Positions 33,511-43,676 of a stretch of 64,000 nt of DNA are shown here, piece by piece. This stretch comes from Naegleria gruberi (taxonomy: Eukaryota), in assembly GCA_000004985.1 (NCBI GenBank), contig GG738852.1; one strand, 5' to 3'. The notes under the pieces were generated by a model. It was not told the origin of the DNA, made no database searches, and worked only from the letters and a program-made list of their open reading frames with translations. Within the stretch, counting starts at the first letter, position 1, and each line of letters starts with the position of its first letter. A program made the translations under genes and the position numbers.

Positions 33511-34702
33511 ATGTTACAACTCATTCTCATTACCACCAACACTGGTGTTCCTAAATTCAAAAAATCACTAATAACTGATCTTGACCGAGATATTTTCCTC
33601 AGACTTTCCAATCTAATAGTAACACTCTATGTAAAATCTAAACGAGAAGTTGATCATAAATTATCATATTTTGAATTAAATAATCGAGGAGTGACAATAG
33701 AAGAAAATACACAAACAAAATTATTATGTATTCTAATGCACGATATTTCCGATGTATGTTATTTCTCTAAATTTACTAATTAAAATTATATTTGAAAATT
33801 TCCATTTTTATTGGAAACTCCTTGTATCACCAATATTGACATGAAAAATTAACAACATCATTCTCATCTTTATTGTCATCTTTATATGCAGGGCCATGAA
33901 TTTGCCAAGTTAGTAGCTGAGGAATTACTCGATCGTTTCATTTCCACATTCAAAACACCATCTCTCGTTTCTAAAAAAACTCTCTATTCGAATTCATTCA
34001 AAAACAATACCATCACAACACCATCAGGATTGCCTGGTGGTGGTAGTGGTTCTTCTGGAAATCAAGTGGCCGATAAGAAATCCTCACCACAACCACAAAA
34101 TCCACCCAATTTATTTGGTGGTGTGAATTCCATTGATTTGAATGATTTGGAAACAAGTGTTGATACCTCACATCGATTTGATCAAATGATGAATGTTGAA
34201 CAATTGTCGGTCGATGATTTGGAACAGGATGAGTTTGATTTTAATAATGTGAATGTGGATGAAAAGATTTTTGAGGCCAAGTTGGCTGAAATTTACTTGG
34301 AATTGGTTTATCCAATTATTGAACATTGTAAGTGAGAGTTGAGTTTTAATTTACAAAATATTTGAAAATGTTGAAATAGTGGATAGCGTGAGAGGAATTT
34401 TAAATTCATGGGTTATTGAGAGTGGCGATGAGGGAATTTTAACCACAACTAAACCTCAATTGGAAGCAGATTTAAAGTTTCTTGTGAATAATTGCGACAG
34501 ATTACTGAATGGTGAAATGCAAAATTTATCAATTAAGGGAAATGGAAAAAATCTTCATATTGTAATTGTTGAACACAAGTGTCATTTAGTTGTCTTGTTG
34601 GAATCTAATGTACAACCTGAAATTACAAGTTTTGCCATTGAGAAGGCAGTCTTTTTATTGAGGAAAGTTTATGCACTCAGGAAGAATATTAAAATTCAAT
34701 AA
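33511..34702 (+). CDS. Longin/roadblock (tri-longin, Fuzzy/HPS1/Mon1-like) protein. Exons 33511..33753, 33892..34327, 34380..34702
   Basis: The N-terminal longin beta-strand LQLILITTNTGVPKFKKS resembles the Fuzzy/HPS1 start. The C-terminal roadblock-like segment is LHIVIVEHKCHLVVLLESN. Splice phases verified. Confidence 0.35.
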
Positions 34703-34703
34703 A

Positions 34704-37700
34704 TTATTTCTTTCTTCTCTCAAAGAGATATGATTTCAGTAATGTTTGTTTCTCTTGCTTTTCTTCTTGTGACATGGTTTTCAAGGAAAGTTGTGCGTAT
34801 ATGCCAATGTAAGCAATCTCTGGTGATGGATGAGATGAGAGTTGGAATAGCAACTTTTTCACATCTTCAGGTACTGTTACTGTTCCGTCCTTTTCCAATG
34901 CAACTCTCTCTAAATAATTAAACACACTCTCTGGAAATTCGATTGTTTGTTTTAAAGATGTCAATTTCTTGTTAAGATCAAACCATTTCTTTGCAATTGT
35001 TGTTAATCTTTTTGTAGACGTATGGTCTCTCTTGTCCGAATGTACTTTATCCAAGTTGTAAAGCAGTTCATAGATTGAAATATCCCTTAATGCTAAATCA
35101 AAATTAATACTGATTCTATTATCTGAATTGCTGCATCGAACACTGCTTGAAAGGGATTTGGGGTGTTTAATGGAATCAATATACTTGACAGTGTAAAATG
35201 ATGTGTAAATGGTATCGATCTTTTTCCCGCGTTCCTCACCCTCAAAACAAGAAGGAAATCTGAGCTTGGCCAAAGAGATAGCATAAACCCCTGTAAGTAT
35301 ACAATTCTTAAATAAATCACTACCATGTAATGAATATTGTATCTTTTCTTGATTGATTTCAGTTAATCTTAATGAGTGTAAGATTTCAATTAAATATCCA
35401 GAGTATGTTTCAATGTTCTTCTTTGTACTGAGTCGAGTCAAAGTGGTGGGTTCAGTTAATCCAGGTCTTGTTTTCTCGTAATAGAAATATAAATCAGAAA
35501 TAATAAATCTCGATAATTTCAATAGGATAAGGCTCACTGAATCATATGAACTAAAAGGAATAATCCGGCTGTTAGAATTCAAGATTGACCTGACTGTTTC
35601 AATAATTTCTAATGTTTCGAATTCTTTAGAAATATAATAATCTGCGTAATCAACTGCATCTTGATTTTCTACTTTCCATGTAAGCTTTTTACAACCATAC
35701 AAATAGTTATCAACGGGTTGACAATTTGAAAATTTCCTGATATAATCCAATTCGGTGAGTATTTCAGATTCCAGAGATGTGCTATCAGTTTGTGTTTCTA
35801 TATATCCTCTAAATTGTCTTTCTTGTTTTTGATTATTGGTACCAATATTCAAACCAAGTTTCTCAAGTATGTGTAATTCTCTTGAATATTTAAACTTGTT
35901 GAATATTGAGAGAAGGTCAAAATACATGTCAATATTTAGTTTTCTATAAATCAATAAATGGTCTGCAAATTTTCTGTGGTTACTATTGAATAAAATTGAT
36001 AGTCTAATAGTCCACGAATGGATGTTTGATAGTTCTTCTTCATCAAGACCTTCTTCTTGTTCATCTATTTGTATCAAAGAATCCCACAATTCATAAATAT
36101 AATGAATGGAATTTTCATTGTGAGGATTATTGAAATACTTTTCAGTTTGGAAATAGAAGAGCTGAGTGAGATGATTGAATTTCTTCCATTTTGAAAGTAA
36201 TTTAACTATTTCATCAAAATGAATAGTCTTATCATTGTAAACACATTCAACCAAAAGATTTGAAAATTCTTTCTCTTGTTTTTCGTCCATATTATTTGTG
36301 TGAGCGTATGTTATTATATAAATATCAGAGGTTTCATCAATTTGAGCATTATTAATAAGGTCAAATGCCTTTTCATACTCTGATTTTCTAATGTAATAGG
36401 ATGCCAAATATTTCTTCCCATCATTGGAACCTAATTCGTTGGCTCTTGTCAAATGACTTTCGCACAAGTTTTCATTATTGGTTTCACTCGATTTGTTATT
36501 CACACAATTCTTAAAAAAGTAAATTCCTAATTTTGTGTTAGCTTTTGTGAAGATATCCATCTCCAAAATAGATAATGTTTTGGAGGTTTTGGGAATGTCT
36601 TGTATTATTTGGAAAATACCAAAACCAAGAATGGAATCACTTAAATACGAAATCGAATCTAATTGATTGTCTTCTCTTTCCATTAATTGCGTGATTAACA
36701 GCCGTAAACATTTGGCTGACAAATCACACATGAAAGGATGATAAATGTCATGTAGGTCCATAACCAAAGATGAGTAACACTCATTCTTTGGACCACAAGA
36801 AAAAGGTTGCAACTTTACAATGGTCTCAATAAGTGTCTTGTAAAAATTGAAGGAGTGATCATTTTCATTGTGTGATTTCTTCTCAATGTAAGTTGTTACA
36901 ATGTCACGGCATAATTGGATCACATTAATGGATTTTCTTGCACAAGAGTTTTCTTTGCATTCCAAAAAAACAGAAGCAAGAGTTTGTAATAACTTGAGCA
37001 CATACTTGTCATTGGTCATGTTGGGCGCATTAAAGAATAAATCTCTTGCATTCATGGTCAATAAACTTGCTTCTTTCACTTGACATTCACAACAACTAAA
37101 ATCTTTTACAAATTGTAAAAAATTATCAAACTCTTCATCAGCAAGGCTTGTTTTGACTTTTTTGTTTGGATGGAGAAATTCTTGATCCTCCTTTTCTTCA
37201 TCATCTTGATGCTTTCTTTTCAACAAGTTGTTACTTTCCAAATTATCCATTCTTTCTGCAATCACATCCTGTTTCTGTCTAATTTCTGTTAATACATTCA
37301 TAATATTCTGAAACATTTCGCTATGTGTATACATATTTGATGAGGTTGAAAGCATATCAATGAGGCTATCTGAACTTTCTGAATCAAATAATAAGCTGTG
37401 TTCTTGGCTATCGTCTTCTAATGGTGGAATAATAGTGTCCTTCCATAGAGGCGTTGGATTGTCCACTGGTTTTCCCCATTCAAATTGAGTGAGAATTCCA
37501 TTCATATCATTGGATTTATGTATGAAAATTACAAAACTGTTGCCATTGACACAGTTATCTGCTTTTTCAGTGATTGTTTCATAGGGACAAAAAGGTTCTT
37601 TGCTTAATTCACCATCTTCTTTTCTTATAATTTTGTATTCATAACTTCCAGAAGAGGACTCCAATAGATGTTTAAAGAAAAATTCTTCATCGTCCACATG

Positions 37701-38522
37701 AGAATAATCATAATAATCAAAAACTCCTTGATTCAATACCTCACCGAGAATATAAATTCTGTCATTTTGCAATTCCATACCATTTTTACAAAAAACAGTA
37801 TGGAAACAACGAACAGAAGAGTCCTCAGCTTGATCTGCCAATTTAAATTCAACTTCTCTTTTGTACCATCTATAACTAAAATATCTCAATTTTCCTGGCT
37901 CAATTTCTACTAGGTTTATGTCCCTCTTAGGACCATTGATTCTCTCTTTTGAGCTTGCACCACCAGAAGTTCTTCTTGTAGTCTTGTTCTTATTATTCTT
38001 GTGACAGGGTAACATTGATTTGTCAATATTTAGTTGGATAGAGCCTTCAAGATTAATTTCCTTTCTTGATTTGTTATCATCCTCAACAAAATATTGAGAT
38101 TCTGATTTAACATGGAGTTCATCTTCACTCTTTCTCGAATAACTGGAGATTATTAGATTCAAAGTCTTATTTTTGGATGGTATTTCGCTAATGTTAAATT
38201 CAATTCCCTCCTTCTTCTTTTTACTATTCTTTTCAATAAAATTGTAGACAGTAATACATTCATGATCCTGATTGATGCCTTCATATGCAATTTCCAAATA
38301 ATCATGTTTAACATTTGAAATGACAAGTTTCGGTTCACTGTGTTTTGCAATTTCCTCAACTTTTATCTGATATGAATTACTAGCCGAATCAGCAGGCAAA
38401 ATATAGGCCCACTCTGATCTTATATCAAACAATCTACAGGAAATACTTTCATAATTTTGAGTAAATCCCTCTTCTGTTGGCTCCCCGAGTACAATGTCTT
38501 TGGGTGTTTCTTTTCTTGCCAT
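34704..38522 (-). CDS. Large orphan protein (1272 aa), helical-repeat rich
   Basis: Single uninterrupted ORF with a real ATG (MARKETPKD). No identifiable catalytic motifs. Confidence 0.5.
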   Translation of the reverse strand: MARKETPKDIVLGEPTEEGFTQNYESISCRLFDIRSEWAYILPADSASNSYQIKVEEIAKHSEPKLVISNVKHDYLEIAYEGINQDHECITVYNFIEKNSKKKKEGIEFNISEIPSKNKTLNLIISSYSRKSEDELHVKSESQYFVEDDNKSRKEINLEGSIQLNIDKSMLPCHKNNKNKTTRRTSGGASSKERINGPKRDINLVEIEPGKLRYFSYRWYKREVEFKLADQAEDSSVRCFHTVFCKNGMELQNDRIYILGEVLNQGVFDYYDYSHVDDEEFFFKHLLESSSGSYEYKIIRKEDGELSKEPFCPYETITEKADNCVNGNSFVIFIHKSNDMNGILTQFEWGKPVDNPTPLWKDTIIPPLEDDSQEHSLLFDSESSDSLIDMLSTSSNMYTHSEMFQNIMNVLTEIRQKQDVIAERMDNLESNNLLKRKHQDDEEKEDQEFLHPNKKVKTSLADEEFDNFLQFVKDFSCCECQVKEASLLTMNARDLFFNAPNMTNDKYVLKLLQTLASVFLECKENSCARKSINVIQLCRDIVTTYIEKKSHNENDHSFNFYKTLIETIVKLQPFSCGPKNECYSSLVMDLHDIYHPFMCDLSAKCLRLLITQLMEREDNQLDSISYLSDSILGFGIFQIIQDIPKTSKTLSILEMDIFTKANTKLGIYFFKNCVNNKSSETNNENLCESHLTRANELGSNDGKKYLASYYIRKSEYEKAFDLINNAQIDETSDIYIITYAHTNNMDEKQEKEFSNLLVECVYNDKTIHFDEIVKLLSKWKKFNHLTQLFYFQTEKYFNNPHNENSIHYIYELWDSLIQIDEQEEGLDEEELSNIHSWTIRLSILFNSNHRKFADHLLIYRKLNIDMYFDLLSIFNKFKYSRELHILEKLGLNIGTNNQKQERQFRGYIETQTDSTSLESEILTELDYIRKFSNCQPVDNYLYGCKKLTWKVENQDAVDYADYYISKEFETLEIIETVRSILNSNSRIIPFSSYDSVSLILLKLSRFIISDLYFYYEKTRPGLTEPTTLTRLSTKKNIETYSGYLIEILHSLRLTEINQEKIQYSLHGSDLFKNCILTGVYAISLAKLRFPSCFEGEERGKKIDTIYTSFYTVKYIDSIKHPKSLSSSVRCSNSDNRISINFDLALRDISIYELLYNLDKVHSDKRDHTSTKRLTTIAKKWFDLNKKLTSLKQTIEFPESVFNYLERVALEKDGTVTVPEDVKKLLFQLSSHPSPEIAYIGIYAQLSLKTMSQEEKQEKQTLLKSYLFERRKK

Positions 38523-38918
38523 TTTTTTCTCTGATGAGAATTAATTATCGGATTTCACGTTGTTTGTAATATTTGACGCATCCATCATTATCGAATCGAG
38601 AAATCACAAAAATATGTTTTTAATTTTGTATGAGCCAAGAAAATTTGTTTCATAAAACTATTAATCTTGTTGTTGTCGGTGTTCAACAACAGCATTAGGT
38701 TCCGATATTATTGAAAAGTAAATATTATTTGAGTCAAAAGAGTTGGTCACCCAACTTCGCGCTATTTTTTTTAATTGAAACAGGTAGCAGAATTTTAATT
38801 GTGGCGGGAAGTTGAATTCCACAAGTTTTCTAAAAGAAAGTAATTCAGAAAGGTACACATTCAGAATTGATTCAAATGATTGAATCCCAACAAGATGATG
38901 AATAGATTAACGACTAAA

Positions 38919-39890
38919 TTACATGCAAATACATTTCTTTTTCTTTAACATCATTACATCTTGTGAAATTACTTTTTTCAATAGTTCAACATCCTTCCAA
39001 GTTCCATATCTATATCTTTTAACACAATCTTCAAATAATTCATTCACGTTCTTCTCTACATTTGTATTTTTAACAAAACATGTTTCGAAAATTCCAACAT
39101 TATTCAATTTGAATTCCTTAATCATTTCTTGAATTTTTTCTCTCCAAAACTCAATTTGAGATTTAGAATCATCTCTATCAACCTTATTAATTGCAAATAG
39201 AATTGGAATATCAATTCGTTTTTCTTTCACTTCCAATAAAACAATAAGCTGTCGTCGTGTCTCAATGAATGAGTTTAGATCATTTTCTGACACTACAATG
39301 ACAAATGTTTCAACCTTTTCAATGTAGATTGGTCTCAATACCTCATATTCAGAATTTCCTTTCATCTCCAAAATATCAATATACACCATCTCATCGTCTA
39401 CACAAATTATCTTGTGCATGCTGTCTTCAATTACTTGGTCATGCCATCCCGATTGTAATTCCATTTCCAATTCTTTAGCGAAATATTGATTGACCAGTGT
39501 GGATTTACCACACCCTGATGGTCCAAGCATTAATACTTCAACCTTTCCCATTCTATTTGTTTCTCCATTAGAATGATTCATTTTCCTTTTACACATTCTT
39601 GTTAATATCACTTTTCTTTTTAAAGTTTTTGATACAATTAATTGTCTTTCCAATTCTTCCTCATGAAATAATTCCAAATTCACAACATCTCTTTTCAATA
39701 CATTTGACCAAAATAAATTAAAAACACTTTCCATGGCTTCAGATAATTCACGATTGAGAGATTGAAATTTTGCAATACATTCTATTTGCTCCTTTTTTGA
39801 ATAGAGTCCTTGTTTCCTATATTCAAAATCAATTGCAAATTTTAAAATGTGATGAAGAACATCATAGGAAAGTAATCCAGGTAATGTCAT
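38919..39890 (-). CDS. Atypical Ras-superfamily small GTPase with a ~120-aa N-terminal extension and a polybasic CaaX tail (KKKKCICM)
   Basis: G1 VLMLGPSGCGKSTLV, G4 INKVD, G5 ETCFVKN. A degenerate G3 (DILEMKG instead of DTAGQE). C-terminal CICM prenylation box. Confidence 0.55.
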   Translation of the reverse strand: MTLPGLLSYDVLHHILKFAIDFEYRKQGLYSKKEQIECIAKFQSLNRELSEAMESVFNLFWSNVLKRDVVNLELFHEEELERQLIVSKTLKRKVILTRMCKRKMNHSNGETNRMGKVEVLMLGPSGCGKSTLVNQYFAKELEMELQSGWHDQVIEDSMHKIICVDDEMVYIDILEMKGNSEYEVLRPIYIEKVETFVIVVSENDLNSFIETRRQLIVLLEVKEKRIDIPILFAINKVDRDDSKSQIEFWREKIQEMIKEFKLNNVGIFETCFVKNTNVEKNVNELFEDCVKRYRYGTWKDVELLKKVISQDVMMLKKKKCICM

Positions 39891-40015
39891 TTTTTTTATG
39901 AATTTATTTCTAATTTTACAACAAAGTTCGTTACAATGTGAACTTGGACAAATAATCTGTTTTGAATGAAGAGAATTATATTAGGTTATTAATTAATAAT
40001 TCCATTCATATTTGT

Positions 40016-41002
40016 TTAAAATATCTTGACATTGGAAAAAGAAAATGCTTCAGTGAAATTGTGTGCCTTTCTTGCAGCGAGTGCAATACCATCATATGGC
40101 AATGAAGACTTGATTTGAATGGATGTTATGGTGTTAGGTTTTGTTGGTTGAGCTTCTAGAAAATCCAGTTTAGGCATCAATAAGAATTCCTCTTTAGGTT
40201 CAGTATATATCTTTGTTAACAATTGTCCAACAGAGGATCCAAGCTTATCACCATTAATTGGGTTAGCACTTCTCACTACTCCTTTTGGTTGGATAACACC
40301 ATATACATAAATATGAATATCTTCATTTCCAGTAATTTCCTGAACCTGAACTGAGCATTCAATCTTTGAAAATTCAATTGGATGCTTGAAATATATAATA
40401 ATAGGCTCCAAATTCTCTATACTGTATTGGAAATTATTAGAAATTGATTGTTGTGCGAATCTTGTAACTTGGTATCCGAATCCGGTTGTGTTAACACTTG
40501 ATTGATTAAGATTAGGATATTTCTTATTAGTTCTTTTCAATGATACCAATTCTCTTTGTCTATTTGTAAGTTGGTCCCAATTAGAGACATACTTTTCAGA
40601 CAACTTGTTTAAATCTCTATCTGTGTACCATAGTCTCTCCTTCAGCTCTGTAATTTCCTTCATCATAATTTCAAACATGGTGTTTAACTTATCACTATTG
40701 TCTTTCTCTTCTTTAACAAGATTAAATACCATATATTGATCATCAGAACCAGATTCACCAACCTTTATGGTGATCGATTCTCCAACTGCTGTGGAACATG
40801 TGATTTTATTCATCATCAAACATGTCTTGTAATATTTGAAATGAATCAATGTTGAATTTTCCTCTCTAAATAAATATTGATGATAATTGAAGGTACATGA
40901 CATGGTAATCGCTTGTTCACTCTCCAAGAAGGAAAGAAGCAATTCAATTCTTTTACCAAATCTATCATCACACTCAAAATTAAAGCTTTGTTGATTTACC
41001 AT
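40016..41002 (-). CDS. Hypothetical protein (328 aa)
   Basis: Real ATG and coding-like composition. No recognisable domain. Confidence 0.4.
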   Translation of the reverse strand: MVNQQSFNFECDDRFGKRIELLLSFLESEQAITMSCTFNYHQYLFREENSTLIHFKYYKTCLMMNKITCSTAVGESITIKVGESGSDDQYMVFNLVKEEKDNSDKLNTMFEIMMKEITELKERLWYTDRDLNKLSEKYVSNWDQLTNRQRELVSLKRTNKKYPNLNQSSVNTTGFGYQVTRFAQQSISNNFQYSIENLEPIIIYFKHPIEFSKIECSVQVQEITGNEDIHIYVYGVIQPKGVVRSANPINGDKLGSSVGQLLTKIYTEPKEEFLLMPKLDFLEAQPTKPNTITSIQIKSSLPYDGIALAARKAHNFTEAFSFSNVKIF

Positions 41003-41319
41003 TGTTTTTTTGGTTTGTTTGTTGACCTTTCCAATTGTTTCTTCAATAGCTATTTATGTTGAAATGATGTTGGTGAGCCAAAAATAATATTTCTTTCGAA
41101 ATACCTTCCAAGATGAAGCATAACGTCTTAATACCAACGTTTCGAAGAGCATAATTTACAACTTTTCATATAAGGTTATTGAGCTTTATAGGATTACGTC
41201 TATTCGAGTGCAAATAATTATCGAAGAATTTTTCCAAAGTTTGAATTTTCCTCTCTTCCACCTGACATCTTTATTCCGTAATTAAAAGGAGTTTCAGGAG
41301 TTTTCAAACCAAAAAAAAA

Positions 41320-43495
41320 ATGGCAAATTCAAAGACCCACTCACCAGCCACCCTTGTGGTCTTGGTGATGAGTTGTTTCATGTTAATGACAATCGGAATG
41401 GTCCACTCTCTCAAACTCACTTCCTCTCTCGCCGATGATTTATTATCATCATCAAATTATATCGGGATGGAAAATAATCAAGAACATACCTCATTGAAGG
41501 TGATGAAGGCTCATTATGAGATGAAAGGCTGGAAGAGAATTCATCATCAAGATGATTTGATGAGATTATCTGGTAGTGAAAAGAAATCTATTGAAGAAAA
41601 GATTGAAAATCAAATGATTCATGTTACTTTTGCATTGAAGAATCAAAATGTTGAATTGTTGAGAAAGAAGGCAATTGCTGTCAGTACTCCAGGACATCCA
41701 GATCATGAAAATTATTTGACTATGGAACAAGTTGCTCAATATACAAAGCCATCTGCTGAAGATAGACAAAATGTCTTGCATTATATTAGTACTATTCCAG
41801 GAAGCATTGTTTTGAAGGTTTCAAAGCATGAAAACTTTATTGAATGTTTAATGCCAGTTTCCTCCATTAACAAGTATTTCAAGGCTGATATGAAGCCATA
41901 TATGCATCAAGAAAGTAAGACTGTCTTGTTGAGATCTTTGGAACAAGGTTATTCATTGCCAAAGGAAATTGCTGATTCAGTTACTTTGATTTCTGGCATT
42001 GTTCGTCTTCCAAGCATGGAAAATAGAGTCAAGATGACCAAGACAGCATCTGCTCAAGATGATGGATTGATTACTCCACAAGTTATTTGGAAGAGATATA
42101 ACATTACTGTTCCAACATTTGTTAGTTCAAACAGTTCTCAGTCTGTTGCTTCATTCTTGCAACAATATTATAGTGAAAGTGATTTGGCCTTGTTCCAATC
42201 TACTTATAACTTGGTTAGACAATCACCAATTGTTTATGGACCAAATGATGAATCCAATCCTGGTGTTGAAGCTTCTTTGGATATTCAATATCTTATGGGT
42301 GTTGGTTACAAGATTAGAACTACCTTTGTCTCAACTCCTGGTGTCAGTAATGTTACTGGACAAGAAAGATTCTTGTACTGGGTTACTCAACAACAACAAA
42401 TGGGTGATGCTTCTCCTTGGGTAAGTTCTTTTTAATTCACAATTTTTCATCTTAATACCTCATTTACAGGTTCATAGTGTTAGTTATGGAGACGATGAAT
42501 CTACTGTTACCAGAGCATTGGCTGATCAATTAGATATTGAATTTATGAAATTTGCTGCCACTGGACGTACAGTTATGGTATGTTGACAATTTCTTATTTA
42601 CCGATAATATTAACCAATCAATTCATAACAGATAGCATCAGGTGATAACGGAGCTCAATGTAATAATCAAGGAACCAAATTCTCTCCAACGTAAGTTTTT
42701 TACAAATTTTCCATGGTTTTACAATTTAAATAGTTGGCCAAATACATCTCCTTGGGTTACCTCTGTTGGTGCTACAAGACCATCAAGTGATTATTGGGAA
42801 AAGTCAGTTGACTGGAGTGGTAAGTTAACAATTTAATGACATGCTCATTCTTATAATATTCTTCATACTATCCCTTTTTAATTTAACAAATTAGGTGGTG
42901 GTTTTTCTTCTCTGTAAGTAATATATTGATTTAAATAATATAATATAACATATTTTAAAATAGTTACTCTCGTCCACAATATCAAAATGATGCTGTCGCC
43001 AAGTACTTGAAGACTAATAACATTCCTCCAGCCTCATTCTTCAATCCATCCGGTAGAGCTTATCCTGATGTCAGTGCTCTCGGTAAGTAGCTCAATATAT
43101 TTCCATCTCATTTCTTACATGTTATTTTTTAGGTGTTGAGTAAGTATATTCCAAAACAATTTATTTCTCATTTTCAAAATAGTTATCAAGTTTTCGTTGG
43201 TGGTTCCATTCAAAATGTTGCAGGTACTTCAGCAGCTTGTCCTTGTTTCGCTGGTGTTGTCAGTTTGCTTAATGATGCTCGTTTCAAAGCTGGTAAGAAA
43301 CCACTCGGATTCCTTAATATCTTCCTCTACACTCAAATTCCACAAAATCCAAAGGCCTTCTTTGATATCACTCAAGGTTATAATAGTGCTAGTCCTTGTC
43401 CTTATGGTTTCCCAGCTACTAGTGGATATGATGCCATTTCAGGTTGGGGTGTTCCTAATTTCCCAGTTTTGAGAGATCTTGCCTTGAAGAAATAA
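41320..43495 (+). CDS. tpp1: Tripeptidyl-peptidase I / sedolisin (S53, CLN2-like). Exons 41320..42420, 42470..42577, 42632..42687, 42734..42829, 42895..42913, 42964..43082, 43133..43139, 43183..43495
   Basis: Signal peptide and pro-domain. Catalytic Ser in GTSAACPCFAGVVSLLND. SGGGFSSLYSRPQYQNDAV, GRAYPDVSALG and DYQVFVGGS are collinear with human TPP1 (GGGFSNVFPRPSYQEEAV / GRAYPDVAALSDGYWVV / GTSASTP). All introns have GTAAGT or GTATGT donors with phases checked. Confidence 0.85.
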
Positions 43496-43676
43496 TTTGA
43501 CAGATCTATGAATGTTTAAGTTTCCAATAAACTATTGGAAAATGTTTTACTGTAAAATTTAGCATTTAAAGATTAAATCTCTCTTTAATCCAAGTACTCT
43601 CTAAAAAAGGAACCAGAATTATGAAAGAAACTGAAAGTGATGGGAAGAAACTAAAGACGAAACCAAACTAAAAAAA

